From: Candidatus Hecatellales archaeon
Lineage (GTDB): Archaea; Thermoproteota; Bathyarchaeia; Hecatellales; Hecatellaceae
NCBI GenBank assembly: GCA_003661965.1
Contig: QMXD01000002.1
Location: 2,377-66,376 of the forward strand
Length of the DNA: 64,000 bases
Reading direction: 5' to 3'
This document shows, piece after piece, positions 28,216 through 36,250 of the stretch (the stretch's first letter is position 1; the number at the start of each line of letters is the position of its first letter). The position numbers and the translations under genes are program-made. A model generated the notes under the pieces. It was given only the letters and a program-made list of their open reading frames with translations, had not been told where the DNA came from and searched no databases.

Positions 28216-29013
28216 ATGGGTGGGAAGTTGGTGGAAAAAACTCTGGAAGAAAAAACCTCAGAAAGGTTCTTGGATATTATGGAGAGAATAAAAGAGTCAA
28301 ACAAGTCTGTCACCACTGGTATTGATGAGAAGGAGATTAAACATTGGGTAACAATCTACATTATGGGTAAAGCTTACAAGGTTCCAGCAGACCTAACACT
28401 TATGCAGGCAATGGAGTTTGCTGGTTACAGGTTTATTAGGGGAGCAGGTTGTAGAGCAGGATTTTGTGGGGCATGCGCAACAATCTACAGGAAAAAGGGT
28501 GAATATAAGCTTAGAACAGCCTTAGCATGTCAAACAAGAGTTGAGGATGGAATGTATCTTGTACAGATACCTTTTGCTCCAGCAGAAAAACCTGTTTACA
28601 ACCTTGACAAGGAGGGTGGGGGTTTAGATGTTGTTTTTAAACATTTTCCAGAGGTTGCTAGATGTGTCTCCTGTAACACATGCACCAAAGCATGCCCCCA
28701 AACCTTAGAAGTTATGGATTGTATTCAGGCAATTCTTCGTGGAGATTTTAAGTTTGCAGCTGAAAACTCCTTTGACTGTATTCAGTGTGGCTTATGTTCA
28801 ATTAGATGTCCAGCTGAAATAATTCATTATCACCTTTTCCAGATGGTTAGAAGAATTCATGGAAAGTTTGGTGTCCCCCCAGAACCAAACCTAGAAAAAA
28901 GAATTAAAGAGATAGAAGAGGGAAAGTTTAACGAAGAATTTGAAAAGCTCCTTAAACTCAGCCCAGAGGAGCTTAAAGAAATCTACAGGAAGAGAGAAAT
29001 AAAGCTTGACTAG
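28216..29013 (+). CDS. Succinate dehydrogenase/fumarate reductase iron-sulfur subunit-like protein (2Fe-2S plus two 4Fe-4S)
   Basis: 2Fe-2S segment CRAGFCGACA, 4Fe-4S CVSCNTCTKACP and CIQCGLCSIRCP. This is the SdhB/FrdB/TfrB N-domain architecture. Confidence 0.7.
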   Translation: MGGKLVEKTLEEKTSERFLDIMERIKESNKSVTTGIDEKEIKHWVTIYIMGKAYKVPADLTLMQAMEFAGYRFIRGAGCRAGFCGACATIYRKKGEYKLRTALACQTRVEDGMYLVQIPFAPAEKPVYNLDKEGGGLDVVFKHFPEVARCVSCNTCTKACPQTLEVMDCIQAILRGDFKFAAENSFDCIQCGLCSIRCPAEIIHYHLFQMVRRIHGKFGVPPEPNLEKRIKEIEEGKFNEEFEKLLKLSPEELKEIYRKREIKLD

Positions 29014-29033
29014 TCTTTTGGAGGTGAATAGTA

Positions 29034-30692
29034 ATGTCTGAACTAAAATTTATTGAAGGATACCCGGAATACATGTATAAGCTTATAGAAATTGTTCATG
29101 AGACAAGAAGCGCTAGACTAAAAGAAAAACCACGTTTTATGACTCTTGAGGAAAGAGAGGAAGTATTAAAAATACATCCAGACTATGCTCCTGGAGGTAA
29201 AAGAGAAATTAGGATTGGACCTAACAAGGGGGATGTAGCCCCAAACGAGGTTGTAGATCTGCTTGAAGCTTACCCCCTTATTAACCCAAACGAGATAGAC
29301 CTAAACAATGTTGACTATGAGCCTGACATACTTATAATAGGTGGAGGTTTAGCAGGCACAACAGCCGCCTTATGGGCTAACGATAACGGTATCCCTGCAG
29401 AAAATATTTTACTTGTTACAAAGCTTAGACATGGAGACTCTAACTCCGTTATGGCTCAGGGTGGAACTCAGGCTGCTGATAGACCTGACGACTCCCCAAT
29501 AATCCACTTTATCGATACGATGGGTGGAGGACATTTTGCTAATAAGCCTGATGTTGTTAGAGCTCTTGTTGAAGATGCTCCAAGCATTATTAAGTGGCTG
29601 GTTGAGCTTGGAGCGATGTTTGATAGGGATGAAAACGGATACTTCTTAGAGCTTTCTGGTGGAGGTGCTTCAAGAAGAAGAATGCATGCTGCTGGAGACT
29701 ATACAGGGCTTGAGGAGATGAGGGTTGTTAGAGATGAGTTTAGGAATAGGGGTATCCCATGTCTTGAGTTTAACCCTGCTATAGAGCTTCTTACGGATAA
29801 TGATGGAAAAGTTGTAGGTGCGGTTTTATGGAATATGGAAACAAGAGAGTATAAGATTGTTAAGGCTAAAGCAACAATACTTGCAACAGGAGGTTTTGGA
29901 AGACTCCATATTAGAGGTTTCCCAACAACAAACCATTATGGAGCCACGTGTGACGGTGTTGTTTTAGCCTACAGGGCTGGAGCAAAACTTAGAGATATGG
30001 ATACAGTCCAATACCATCCTACAGGTGCAGCCTACCCACAACAGATAATAGGTCTTCTTCTAACCGAAAAGTTAAGAACTGCTGGTGCTCAAGTTGTAAA
30101 CGTTGATGGTGAAGCTTTCGTTAACCCTCTTGAACCTAGGGATGTTGAAGCATCAGCAATCATAAGAGAATGCTACATAAGAAACAAGGGAATCACAACA
30201 CCAACAGGAATTAGAGGTGTATGGTTAGATATTCCAATGATAGACTTGGTTAGAGGTGAAGGCTCAATAAAAAAGCTTTTCCCAGGTATGGTTAGAATGT
30301 ATAACAGGTTTGGAATAAACATAACAAAAAATCCTGTGCTTGTTTTTCCAACACTCCACTACCAAAACGGTGGTGTTGAAACAGACCCCTACGGTCAAAC
30401 AAACGTTAAAGGGTTGTTTGTTGCTGGTGAAGTTTCCGGAGGAGTTCATGGGAAGAATAGGCTTATGGGAAACTCAACCCTAGACTGCTTGGTTTTTGGT
30501 AGGAGAGCAGGAATAACAGCTGCAAACTATGTTAAAAGCGGAGTAAAAATTGGTAAATTAACCCTAAACCATGTGGAAAAATATGTTAAAGAGCTTGAAA
30601 ACACTGGAATAAAAACGAGTAGAAGGTCTCCGATTCTCCTACCAGACTATAGGGGGAAGGCAGTTCTAGCCAGAATGATTGATGTCTTCTAG
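29034..30692 (+). CDS. Fumarate reductase/succinate dehydrogenase flavoprotein-like FAD-binding subunit with ~95-aa N-terminal extension
   Basis: ILIIGGGLAG (FAD Rossmann), RHGDSNSVMAQGG (His at the covalent-FAD position), HYQNGG and RLMGNSTLDCLVFGRRAG, which are SdhA/FrdA/NadB-family signatures. The N-terminal 95 aa precede the Rossmann motif and have no counterpart I recognise. Confidence 0.7.
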   Translation: MSELKFIEGYPEYMYKLIEIVHETRSARLKEKPRFMTLEEREEVLKIHPDYAPGGKREIRIGPNKGDVAPNEVVDLLEAYPLINPNEIDLNNVDYEPDILIIGGGLAGTTAALWANDNGIPAENILLVTKLRHGDSNSVMAQGGTQAADRPDDSPIIHFIDTMGGGHFANKPDVVRALVEDAPSIIKWLVELGAMFDRDENGYFLELSGGGASRRRMHAAGDYTGLEEMRVVRDEFRNRGIPCLEFNPAIELLTDNDGKVVGAVLWNMETREYKIVKAKATILATGGFGRLHIRGFPTTNHYGATCDGVVLAYRAGAKLRDMDTVQYHPTGAAYPQQIIGLLLTEKLRTAGAQVVNVDGEAFVNPLEPRDVEASAIIRECYIRNKGITTPTGIRGVWLDIPMIDLVRGEGSIKKLFPGMVRMYNRFGINITKNPVLVFPTLHYQNGGVETDPYGQTNVKGLFVAGEVSGGVHGKNRLMGNSTLDCLVFGRRAGITAANYVKSGVKIGKLTLNHVEKYVKELENTGIKTSRRSPILLPDYRGKAVLARMIDVF

Positions 30693-30697
30693 TAGGG

Positions 30698-31351
30698 CTA
30701 ATCTTTTATCTCTTTAAGAATTTGCTCTATACTTTTTTCAACCTCACCTATACTTTTGTTTCCATCAACATCAACAAGAATCCCCTTTTTACGGTAATAT
30801 TCAATTAAAGGTTTTGTTTGCTCCAAGTAAACTTTTAGTCTTCTTTTTATGGCTTCCTCCCTATCATCATCCCTCTGATAAAGCTCACCACCACACTTAT
30901 CACACCTACCCTGAACCTTTGGAGGGTTAAAAATCAAATGGTAAACAGCACCACAAACCCTGCAAACTCTTCTATTTGAAAGCCTCCTAATAATTTCCTC
31001 CTCACCAACCTCAAGGTTTATTACAGCATCAACCTTTCTATTAAGCCTCTCCAAAATCCTATCTAAAACCTCAGCCTGAAAAACCGTTCTTGGAAAACCA
31101 TCCAAAAGAAAACCTTTTTCACAGTCAGACTGTTTTAGTCTTTCCTCAACAACCCTAACAACTATATCGTCAGGAACAAGCTCACCTTTATCCATATACT
31201 CCTTAACCTTAAAACCAAGCTCAGTCTTTTTTGCAGCAGCCTCACGAAACATATCCCCTGTTGAAATATGTGGAATACCCATTTTTTTGGCTATTCTTTC
31301 AGCCTGAGTTCCTTTACCTGCTCCTGGAGGACCAAAAAGTATAAGATGCAT
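30698..31351 (-). CDS. adk: Adenylate kinase, bacterial-type long form with zinc-ribbon LID
   Basis: MHLILFGPPGAGKGTQ P-loop; LID CRVCGAVYHLIFNPPKVQGRCDKCGGELYQRDDD with four Cys. The track ORF extends 22 codons upstream of MHLILFG. The ATG at 31351 was chosen. Confidence 0.85.
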   Translation of the reverse strand: MHLILFGPPGAGKGTQAERIAKKMGIPHISTGDMFREAAAKKTELGFKVKEYMDKGELVPDDIVVRVVEERLKQSDCEKGFLLDGFPRTVFQAEVLDRILERLNRKVDAVINLEVGEEEIIRRLSNRRVCRVCGAVYHLIFNPPKVQGRCDKCGGELYQRDDDREEAIKRRLKVYLEQTKPLIEYYRKKGILVDVDGNKSIGEVEKSIEQILKEIKD

Positions 31352-31758
31352 TTTTAGCCACCCTTTTTTCGCCTTTATTGTGGTTAGGTCGGACCTTTCA
31401 AGCTTCCTCATCCACATGTCAGAATAGCCTTTCCCTCATCCCCTTTTATACGTATCCCAAATAGGGGAAATAACTGTTTCCATGGTTACCTTTAAAAGTC
31501 TTTTTGTCTAACCGAAAAGAGCAAAAGGTGGCATTGGTTAGCCAATCAGTAAAGCTTGCTAGGAATGTTGGTATAACAACAAGATGGATTCTACTTCAAA
31601 GACTTAAACAAAAAACTTTTTGAAGAATTAAAAGACCAATTTGAGACTGTGTTAAACCAAGAAAAATTTTTAGATGCTATACATGAGGGATTTAAAGGTT
31701 GGAAACAAAATCTAAAAACTAAAATTATTTAGTTAGGAGTATGTTTTAAGATAGTAGG

Positions 31759-31846
31759 GCGGCGGTGGCCGAGTCAGGTCAAAGGCGGAGGACTCAAGAT
31801 CCTCTCCCGTAGGGGTTCGCAGGTTCAAATCCTGCCCGCCGCACCA
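31759..31846 (+). tRNA. tRNA-Leu (anticodon CAA), class II, genomically encoded CCA
   Basis: Manual fold: acceptor GCGGCGG/CCGCCGC, anticodon stem GAGGA/TCCTC with loop CTCAAGA, long variable arm, T-arm GCAGG-TTCAAAT-CCTGC, discriminator A then CCA. Confidence 0.85.
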
Positions 31847-31848
31847 TT

Positions 31849-31862
31849 CCTCTTTTTTGGAA
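31849..31862 (+). terminator. Oligo-T stretch (TTCCTCTTTTTTGG) immediately 3' of tRNA-Leu
   Basis: Archaeal transcription terminates at oligo-dT tracts. A T6 run lies 3-14 nt after the tRNA 3' end. Confidence 0.35.
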
Positions 31863-31948
31863 GGTTTAAACAGACTTTAGACTTCTGCTTTTACTGTTAA
31901 CTTTATTAATGTTATCTGGGGATATGATAGGTTGTTGAAGGGAATTTT

Positions 31949-32350
31949 ATGGGTGAAGATTTAACTGAGAGACAGAAGGCTCTTAAGGAGAGATTCATTA
32001 AGGAGAGAGGGTATTGGTCTGAGGGTCTTTGGGGTGAGGTTCTTAAGCTAGACCCTGACTTTTTTGAAGCCTACCTAAATTTTTCAGCTGTACCATGGAA
32101 AAAGGGTGTTCTTCCACCAAAGGTTAAGGAGCTTATCTATATAGCCATCGACGCTTCAACAACCCACCTGTATGAGCCTGGTCTTAGACAACATATTCGG
32201 AACGCCTTAAAATATGGTGCAACCAAGGAGGAGATTATGGAGGTTTTTGAGCTTGTGAGTGTTCTTGGAATTCACACATGCACTTTGGGTGTTCCTGTGT
32301 TGGTTGAAGAAGTTAAAAGGTTTGAGGAGGAAAAGAAGGGGAAAACCTAA
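31949..32350 (+). CDS. Carboxymuconolactone decarboxylase (AhpD-like) family protein
   Basis: 133 aa. The pattern is the same as CMD-family proteins (…FFEAYLNF…KELIYIAIDASTTHLY…). Assignment is by fold-family resemblance. Confidence 0.5.
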   Translation: MGEDLTERQKALKERFIKERGYWSEGLWGEVLKLDPDFFEAYLNFSAVPWKKGVLPPKVKELIYIAIDASTTHLYEPGLRQHIRNALKYGATKEEIMEVFELVSVLGIHTCTLGVPVLVEEVKRFEEEKKGKT

Positions 32351-32387
32351 TCTAACATACCTCTTTTTATTTTTGTTGACATAAAAA

Positions 32388-33212
32388 ATGGTGGGTATAA
32401 ATTTAGAGAGGATTGTTAAGAAGGTTGTAGAGGATTTAAAGGATAAAGGAAGGGTTGCTGTTGCTTTTTCTGGTGGTGTTGATTCTGCTGTTGTTACAGC
32501 TTTAGCCTATAAAGCCTTAGCTGAAAACTCTTTAGCTGTAACCATAGATTCTCCTTTACTTCCCTCAGGAGAACTTTTTGACGCAAAAAAGGTTGCGAAA
32601 AGTGTTGGAATAAAACATTTGGTTGTTAAGTTTGATGAGTTTAAGATTTCTAGATTTGCAGAAAACCCGTTAAACCGTTGTTACCTATGCAAAAAACACC
32701 GTTTTATTTTTTTAAAAAAGTTTTTGGAGAGGAGGGGGTTTAAAGTTATTGTTGATGGGACGAGTTTAAGCGACCTAAAAGAGTATCGTCCAGGGGTTTT
32801 TGCCTTAAAAGAGGAGGGAATTTATAGTCCACTTTTAAAGCATAAGATAGATAAAAATTTAGCAAGAAAAATTGCGGTTTTTCTTGGGCTTCCAAACCAT
32901 GATAAACCACCTAATACATGTTTAGCTACAAGGTTCCCCTACGGTTGTAAGTTAACCCCGGAAAAGCTAAAACGTGTGGATAAAGCTGAAAAATATCTTC
33001 GTGAACGTTTTGGTGTTAGGGTTGTTAGGGTTAGAGACCATGATGGGTTAGCAAGAATAGAGGTTGGAAAAAAGGATTTTAGGCTTCTTCTAAAAAGGGA
33101 AGCTATGGATAAAATTTCTGTTAGATTTAAAAAGCTTGGTTTTAGGTTTGTAACCTTAGACCTTGAAGGGTATAGGTTTGGAAGTTTTGATAGAGTAGCC
33201 TTAAAACGTTAA
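32388..33212 (+). CDS. PP-loop ATP pyrophosphatase, LarE/TIGR00268 family
   Basis: PP-loop VAFSGGVDSAV, conserved CYLCK, and a length of ~274 aa. Confidence 0.65.
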   Translation: MVGINLERIVKKVVEDLKDKGRVAVAFSGGVDSAVVTALAYKALAENSLAVTIDSPLLPSGELFDAKKVAKSVGIKHLVVKFDEFKISRFAENPLNRCYLCKKHRFIFLKKFLERRGFKVIVDGTSLSDLKEYRPGVFALKEEGIYSPLLKHKIDKNLARKIAVFLGLPNHDKPPNTCLATRFPYGCKLTPEKLKRVDKAEKYLRERFGVRVVRVRDHDGLARIEVGKKDFRLLLKREAMDKISVRFKKLGFRFVTLDLEGYRFGSFDRVALKR

Positions 33213-34345
33213 CCATAAGCTTTTATTATCTGGTAGGTTGTGGTTCTTTCTGCAGGAATTCTTCCAGCATCTTTAATTACTCTCACTATTTCTTCTACAG
33301 GAAGGTTTTGACCTGTGGTTGCCCCAGCAGCCCTAGAAATATTTTCCTCCATCAGAGTTCCACCAAAATCGTTTGCGCCAGCATTTAAGGCTACCTGAGC
33401 AAACTTTACCCCAAGCTTAACCCATGAAACCTGAATATTATCTATTAAACCGTTAAAAAATATTCTTGAAACAGCATACATTTTTAGGTCTTCAAAGCCT
33501 GTTGCTCCAGGTTTTGATTTCCCCTCCAAATAGATTGGGGTGTTCCAATGGACAAAGGTTAATGGGACAAACTCTGTAAAGCCATGTGTTTCCCTCTGGA
33601 TTTCTTTTAGCATGGATAGGTGGACTGCCCAATCTTCAGGTTTATCTATATGTCCATACATGATGGTTGAGGTTGAAGGTATACCAAGCCTATGTGCAGT
33701 TTTAACGGTTTCAACCCACTCTTTACAGGTTATCTTTTTAGGGCAAATTTCTCTTCTAACCTCATCAACCAAAATTTCAGCTGAGGTTCCAGGGATACTT
33801 CCAAGCCCAGCCTCCTTTAACATTTTTAAAGTTTCTTTTACGGTTAACCCTGCTTTACGGCTACCATAAACAATTTCCATGGGTGAAAATCCATGGATAT
33901 GGATTTTTGGTGTATAAGCCTTAATACTTTTAACGATTTCCTCGTAGTAGTAGGCGTCGATTTTTGGGTGAAGCCCCCCCTGAACACAAACCTCCGTTGC
34001 TCCCATAAGCCAAGCCTCTTTAGCCTTTAACCCTACCTCTTCAGGTTTTAGCAGGTAGGCTTCAGGGTCCCCTATTTTTTTGCTGAAAGCACAAAAGCCA
34101 CAGTCGTTATAGCATACGTTTGTAAAGTTTATGTTTCTGTTACAAACATAGGTAACTATGTCTCCAACCTTTTTACGTCTTAACCAGTCAGCAACAAGAA
34201 TTAAAGCTTGAAAATCCAGGTTTTTTGTTTTAAAAAGTTCTAGGGCTTCCCCTCTAGAAACCTCTTTTCCATCTAGGGCTTTATCTAAAATTTTTGCAAC
34301 TATAGGGTCTAAAGCCTTAAAAAACTCCTCTTTAAATGTCTCCAT
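33209..34345 (-). CDS. cofH: FO synthase subunit CofH (radical SAM; F420 chromophore biosynthesis)
   Basis: Radical-SAM motif NFTNVCYNDCGFCAF (the CofH/MqnC-like CxxxCxFCAF variant). It is adjacent to and overlapping cofG. Confidence 0.8.
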   Translation of the reverse strand: METFKEEFFKALDPIVAKILDKALDGKEVSRGEALELFKTKNLDFQALILVADWLRRKKVGDIVTYVCNRNINFTNVCYNDCGFCAFSKKIGDPEAYLLKPEEVGLKAKEAWLMGATEVCVQGGLHPKIDAYYYEEIVKSIKAYTPKIHIHGFSPMEIVYGSRKAGLTVKETLKMLKEAGLGSIPGTSAEILVDEVRREICPKKITCKEWVETVKTAHRLGIPSTSTIMYGHIDKPEDWAVHLSMLKEIQRETHGFTEFVPLTFVHWNTPIYLEGKSKPGATGFEDLKMYAVSRIFFNGLIDNIQVSWVKLGVKFAQVALNAGANDFGGTLMEENISRAAGATTGQNLPVEEIVRVIKDAGRIPAERTTTYQIIKAYG

Positions 34346-35579
34346 TTTTCACGTAACCTTCCGAATCAACCCTCTCAAAAACCGTATCCTTAAATTTTTC
34401 CGGAATAAACCAAGGTTTTTCTTTTACATATTCTGGGTAAATAGGTAAACGTTGCTTTAAAACAAACCCACAATTTTGGGTGATTTCTTTTAACTCGTAA
34501 AGTTTAGGCCAAGGTTTTTCTGGGTTTATATGGTCTGGGGTTATGGGTGAAACTCCACCCCAATCGTTTATTCCAGCGTAGGGGAGTAGGTCTATTATGG
34601 GTTTTGTTAGGTTTGGTGGAACCTGAATATTCATGTTTGAACCAAAAAATATTCTTGCAACAGCAACTGTTTTAAGTAGGGTAAACCATGAGGGTTCAGG
34701 ATGGTTTTCCATTGGTGTGCCTTTTTTAGCCATAAAAGGCTGAATAATAATTTCTTGTAGATGCTGATATTTTTCATGAATTTCTCTTAAAACGTTAAAA
34801 GAGTCTATAATTTCTTCTGGTGTTTCACCAATACCAAGCAGAATCCCTGTGGTAAAAGCTATATTTAGTTTTCCAGCATTCTCTATTGTTTCTAAACGTA
34901 TTTTTGGGTTTTTCCCAGGACTAAACTCATGCGGTCCACCTTTTTCGCAAAGTCTACTGCTAACGTTTTCAAGCATCAAGCCTAAGCTTAGGTTAACCTC
35001 TCTTAAATCCCTTAAATCTTCGATGGTTAAAACTCCAGGGTTGCTGTGGGGTAGGAGTCCTGTTTTTTCAAAAACGGTTTTACACATGTCGTATAGGTAT
35101 TCTATGGTTGTGTTGTAGCCTAACCTTTTTAGCTGGATTTTTGCTTCCCCGTATTTTTCTTCAGGTTTTTCTCCTAATGTGAAGAGAGCCTCGTTACATC
35201 CCATTTTTTTTCCTTTTTCAGCTATTTCTAAAACTTGTTTGGGGGTTAGAAAACCAGCCTTTTTGTTTGAGGGTTCTAGTCGAAAACCACAATATTTACA
35301 TGCGTTTCTACATAGGTTTGTTAACGGTATAAAAACCTTTTTTGAGAAACTTACTTTATCTTTTTTCCCCTTAAACTTTAGGAGGTTTGCTGTAGCCATT
35401 AAAACTGGTAGATGTTTAAAGTCTAGGTTTATTAGCTGATATGCCTCTTCAACGTTTATCTTTTTTCCTTCTAAGGCTTTAGCTAAAATTTCGCCTATGT
35501 TAGCTTCAAAGTCACCAATAGTCGGTTTTTGCTTGTCTTCTAAATCCTTTTTAAGGTTTTGAAGGTTTAGTTTTCCCAC
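34332..35579 (-). CDS. cofG: FO synthase subunit CofG (radical SAM)
   Basis: LTNLCRNACKYCGF, the CofG-type CxxxCxYC motif. The length is 415 aa. Confidence 0.8.
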   Translation of the reverse strand: MGKLNLQNLKKDLEDKQKPTIGDFEANIGEILAKALEGKKINVEEAYQLINLDFKHLPVLMATANLLKFKGKKDKVSFSKKVFIPLTNLCRNACKYCGFRLEPSNKKAGFLTPKQVLEIAEKGKKMGCNEALFTLGEKPEEKYGEAKIQLKRLGYNTTIEYLYDMCKTVFEKTGLLPHSNPGVLTIEDLRDLREVNLSLGLMLENVSSRLCEKGGPHEFSPGKNPKIRLETIENAGKLNIAFTTGILLGIGETPEEIIDSFNVLREIHEKYQHLQEIIIQPFMAKKGTPMENHPEPSWFTLLKTVAVARIFFGSNMNIQVPPNLTKPIIDLLPYAGINDWGGVSPITPDHINPEKPWPKLYELKEITQNCGFVLKQRLPIYPEYVKEKPWFIPEKFKDTVFERVDSEGYVKNGDI

Positions 35580-35580
35580 T

Positions 35581-36246
35581 TTAACCCTTCCTTTTATAGG
35601 TTAAAACTAGGTCTTCTCCAGCTTTTTCCACCTTAACAAGTTTAAGCTTTAATCCTTCTCTCACCCTTGTATATCCCTCACCCTCCACAAGTGTTATGGC
35701 TTTTTTTCCTCCAACAATAACTGGGGCTATTGCAACCCTAACCTCGTCAACAAGGTTTGCTTTAACCATACCCCAGTTAAGGTTTCCCCCACCCTCAACC
35801 ATAAGTGTTTTAATTTTCATTCTCCAAAGTTTTTTAAGTAAAAGTTTTAGGTTAACTTTTCTCCCTGAACCCGAAACAACAATTTTTGCTCCTGCCTTTT
35901 TTAGGGCTTTAAGCTTCTTTTTTGATGCTTTACTTGTAACAGCAATAACTATCCTATCGTTTCCCCTATACTTGAATATGTTTGCGTTTACAGGTGTTCT
36001 GGCTAAACTGTCAACAACTATTTTTGTTAAAGGGTTTTTACGTGGATGTTTTACCCTTAGCTTAGGATTATCGGTTAAAATTGTTCCTATACCAACCATT
36101 AAACCATCAACCTTTGCTCTAAGCCTATGAACCCTCCTCCAATCTTCCGGGCTTGAAATTTCAGAGTCACGAGTTTTTGTTGCAATTTTTCCGTCAAGAG
36201 TCATAGCAGCGTTTAAAATTACGTAGGGTCTATTTTCTATTTTCAA
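35581..36246 (-). CDS. 2,5-diamino-6-ribosylamino-4(3H)-pyrimidinone 5'-phosphate reductase (archaeal riboflavin pathway, DHFR-like)
   Basis: ILNAAMTLDGKIATKTRDSEISSPEDW...LMVGIGTILTDNPKLRV...GGGNLNW matches the RibD-C/ArfC-like reductase domain. Confidence 0.7.
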   Translation of the reverse strand: MKIENRPYVILNAAMTLDGKIATKTRDSEISSPEDWRRVHRLRAKVDGLMVGIGTILTDNPKLRVKHPRKNPLTKIVVDSLARTPVNANIFKYRGNDRIVIAVTSKASKKKLKALKKAGAKIVVSGSGRKVNLKLLLKKLWRMKIKTLMVEGGGNLNWGMVKANLVDEVRVAIAPVIVGGKKAITLVEGEGYTRVREGLKLKLVKVEKAGEDLVLTYKRKG

Positions 36247-36250
36247 AGTT

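Noticed and set aside
31352-31417. 22-codon N-terminal extension of adenylate kinase (MWMRKLERSDLTTIKAKKGWLK)
   Set aside because: Adk universally starts at the P-loop strand (MHLILFGPPGAGKG), so the extension is read-through of the upstream region.
31418-31758. 340-bp non-coding gap between adk and tRNA-Leu, examined for a small gene
   Set aside because: It contains only short ORFs of 27 codons or fewer without canonical starts. It is probably promoter and leader sequence.
35696-36130. 144-aa + strand ORF
   Set aside because: It is antisense within the riboflavin-pathway reductase gene.
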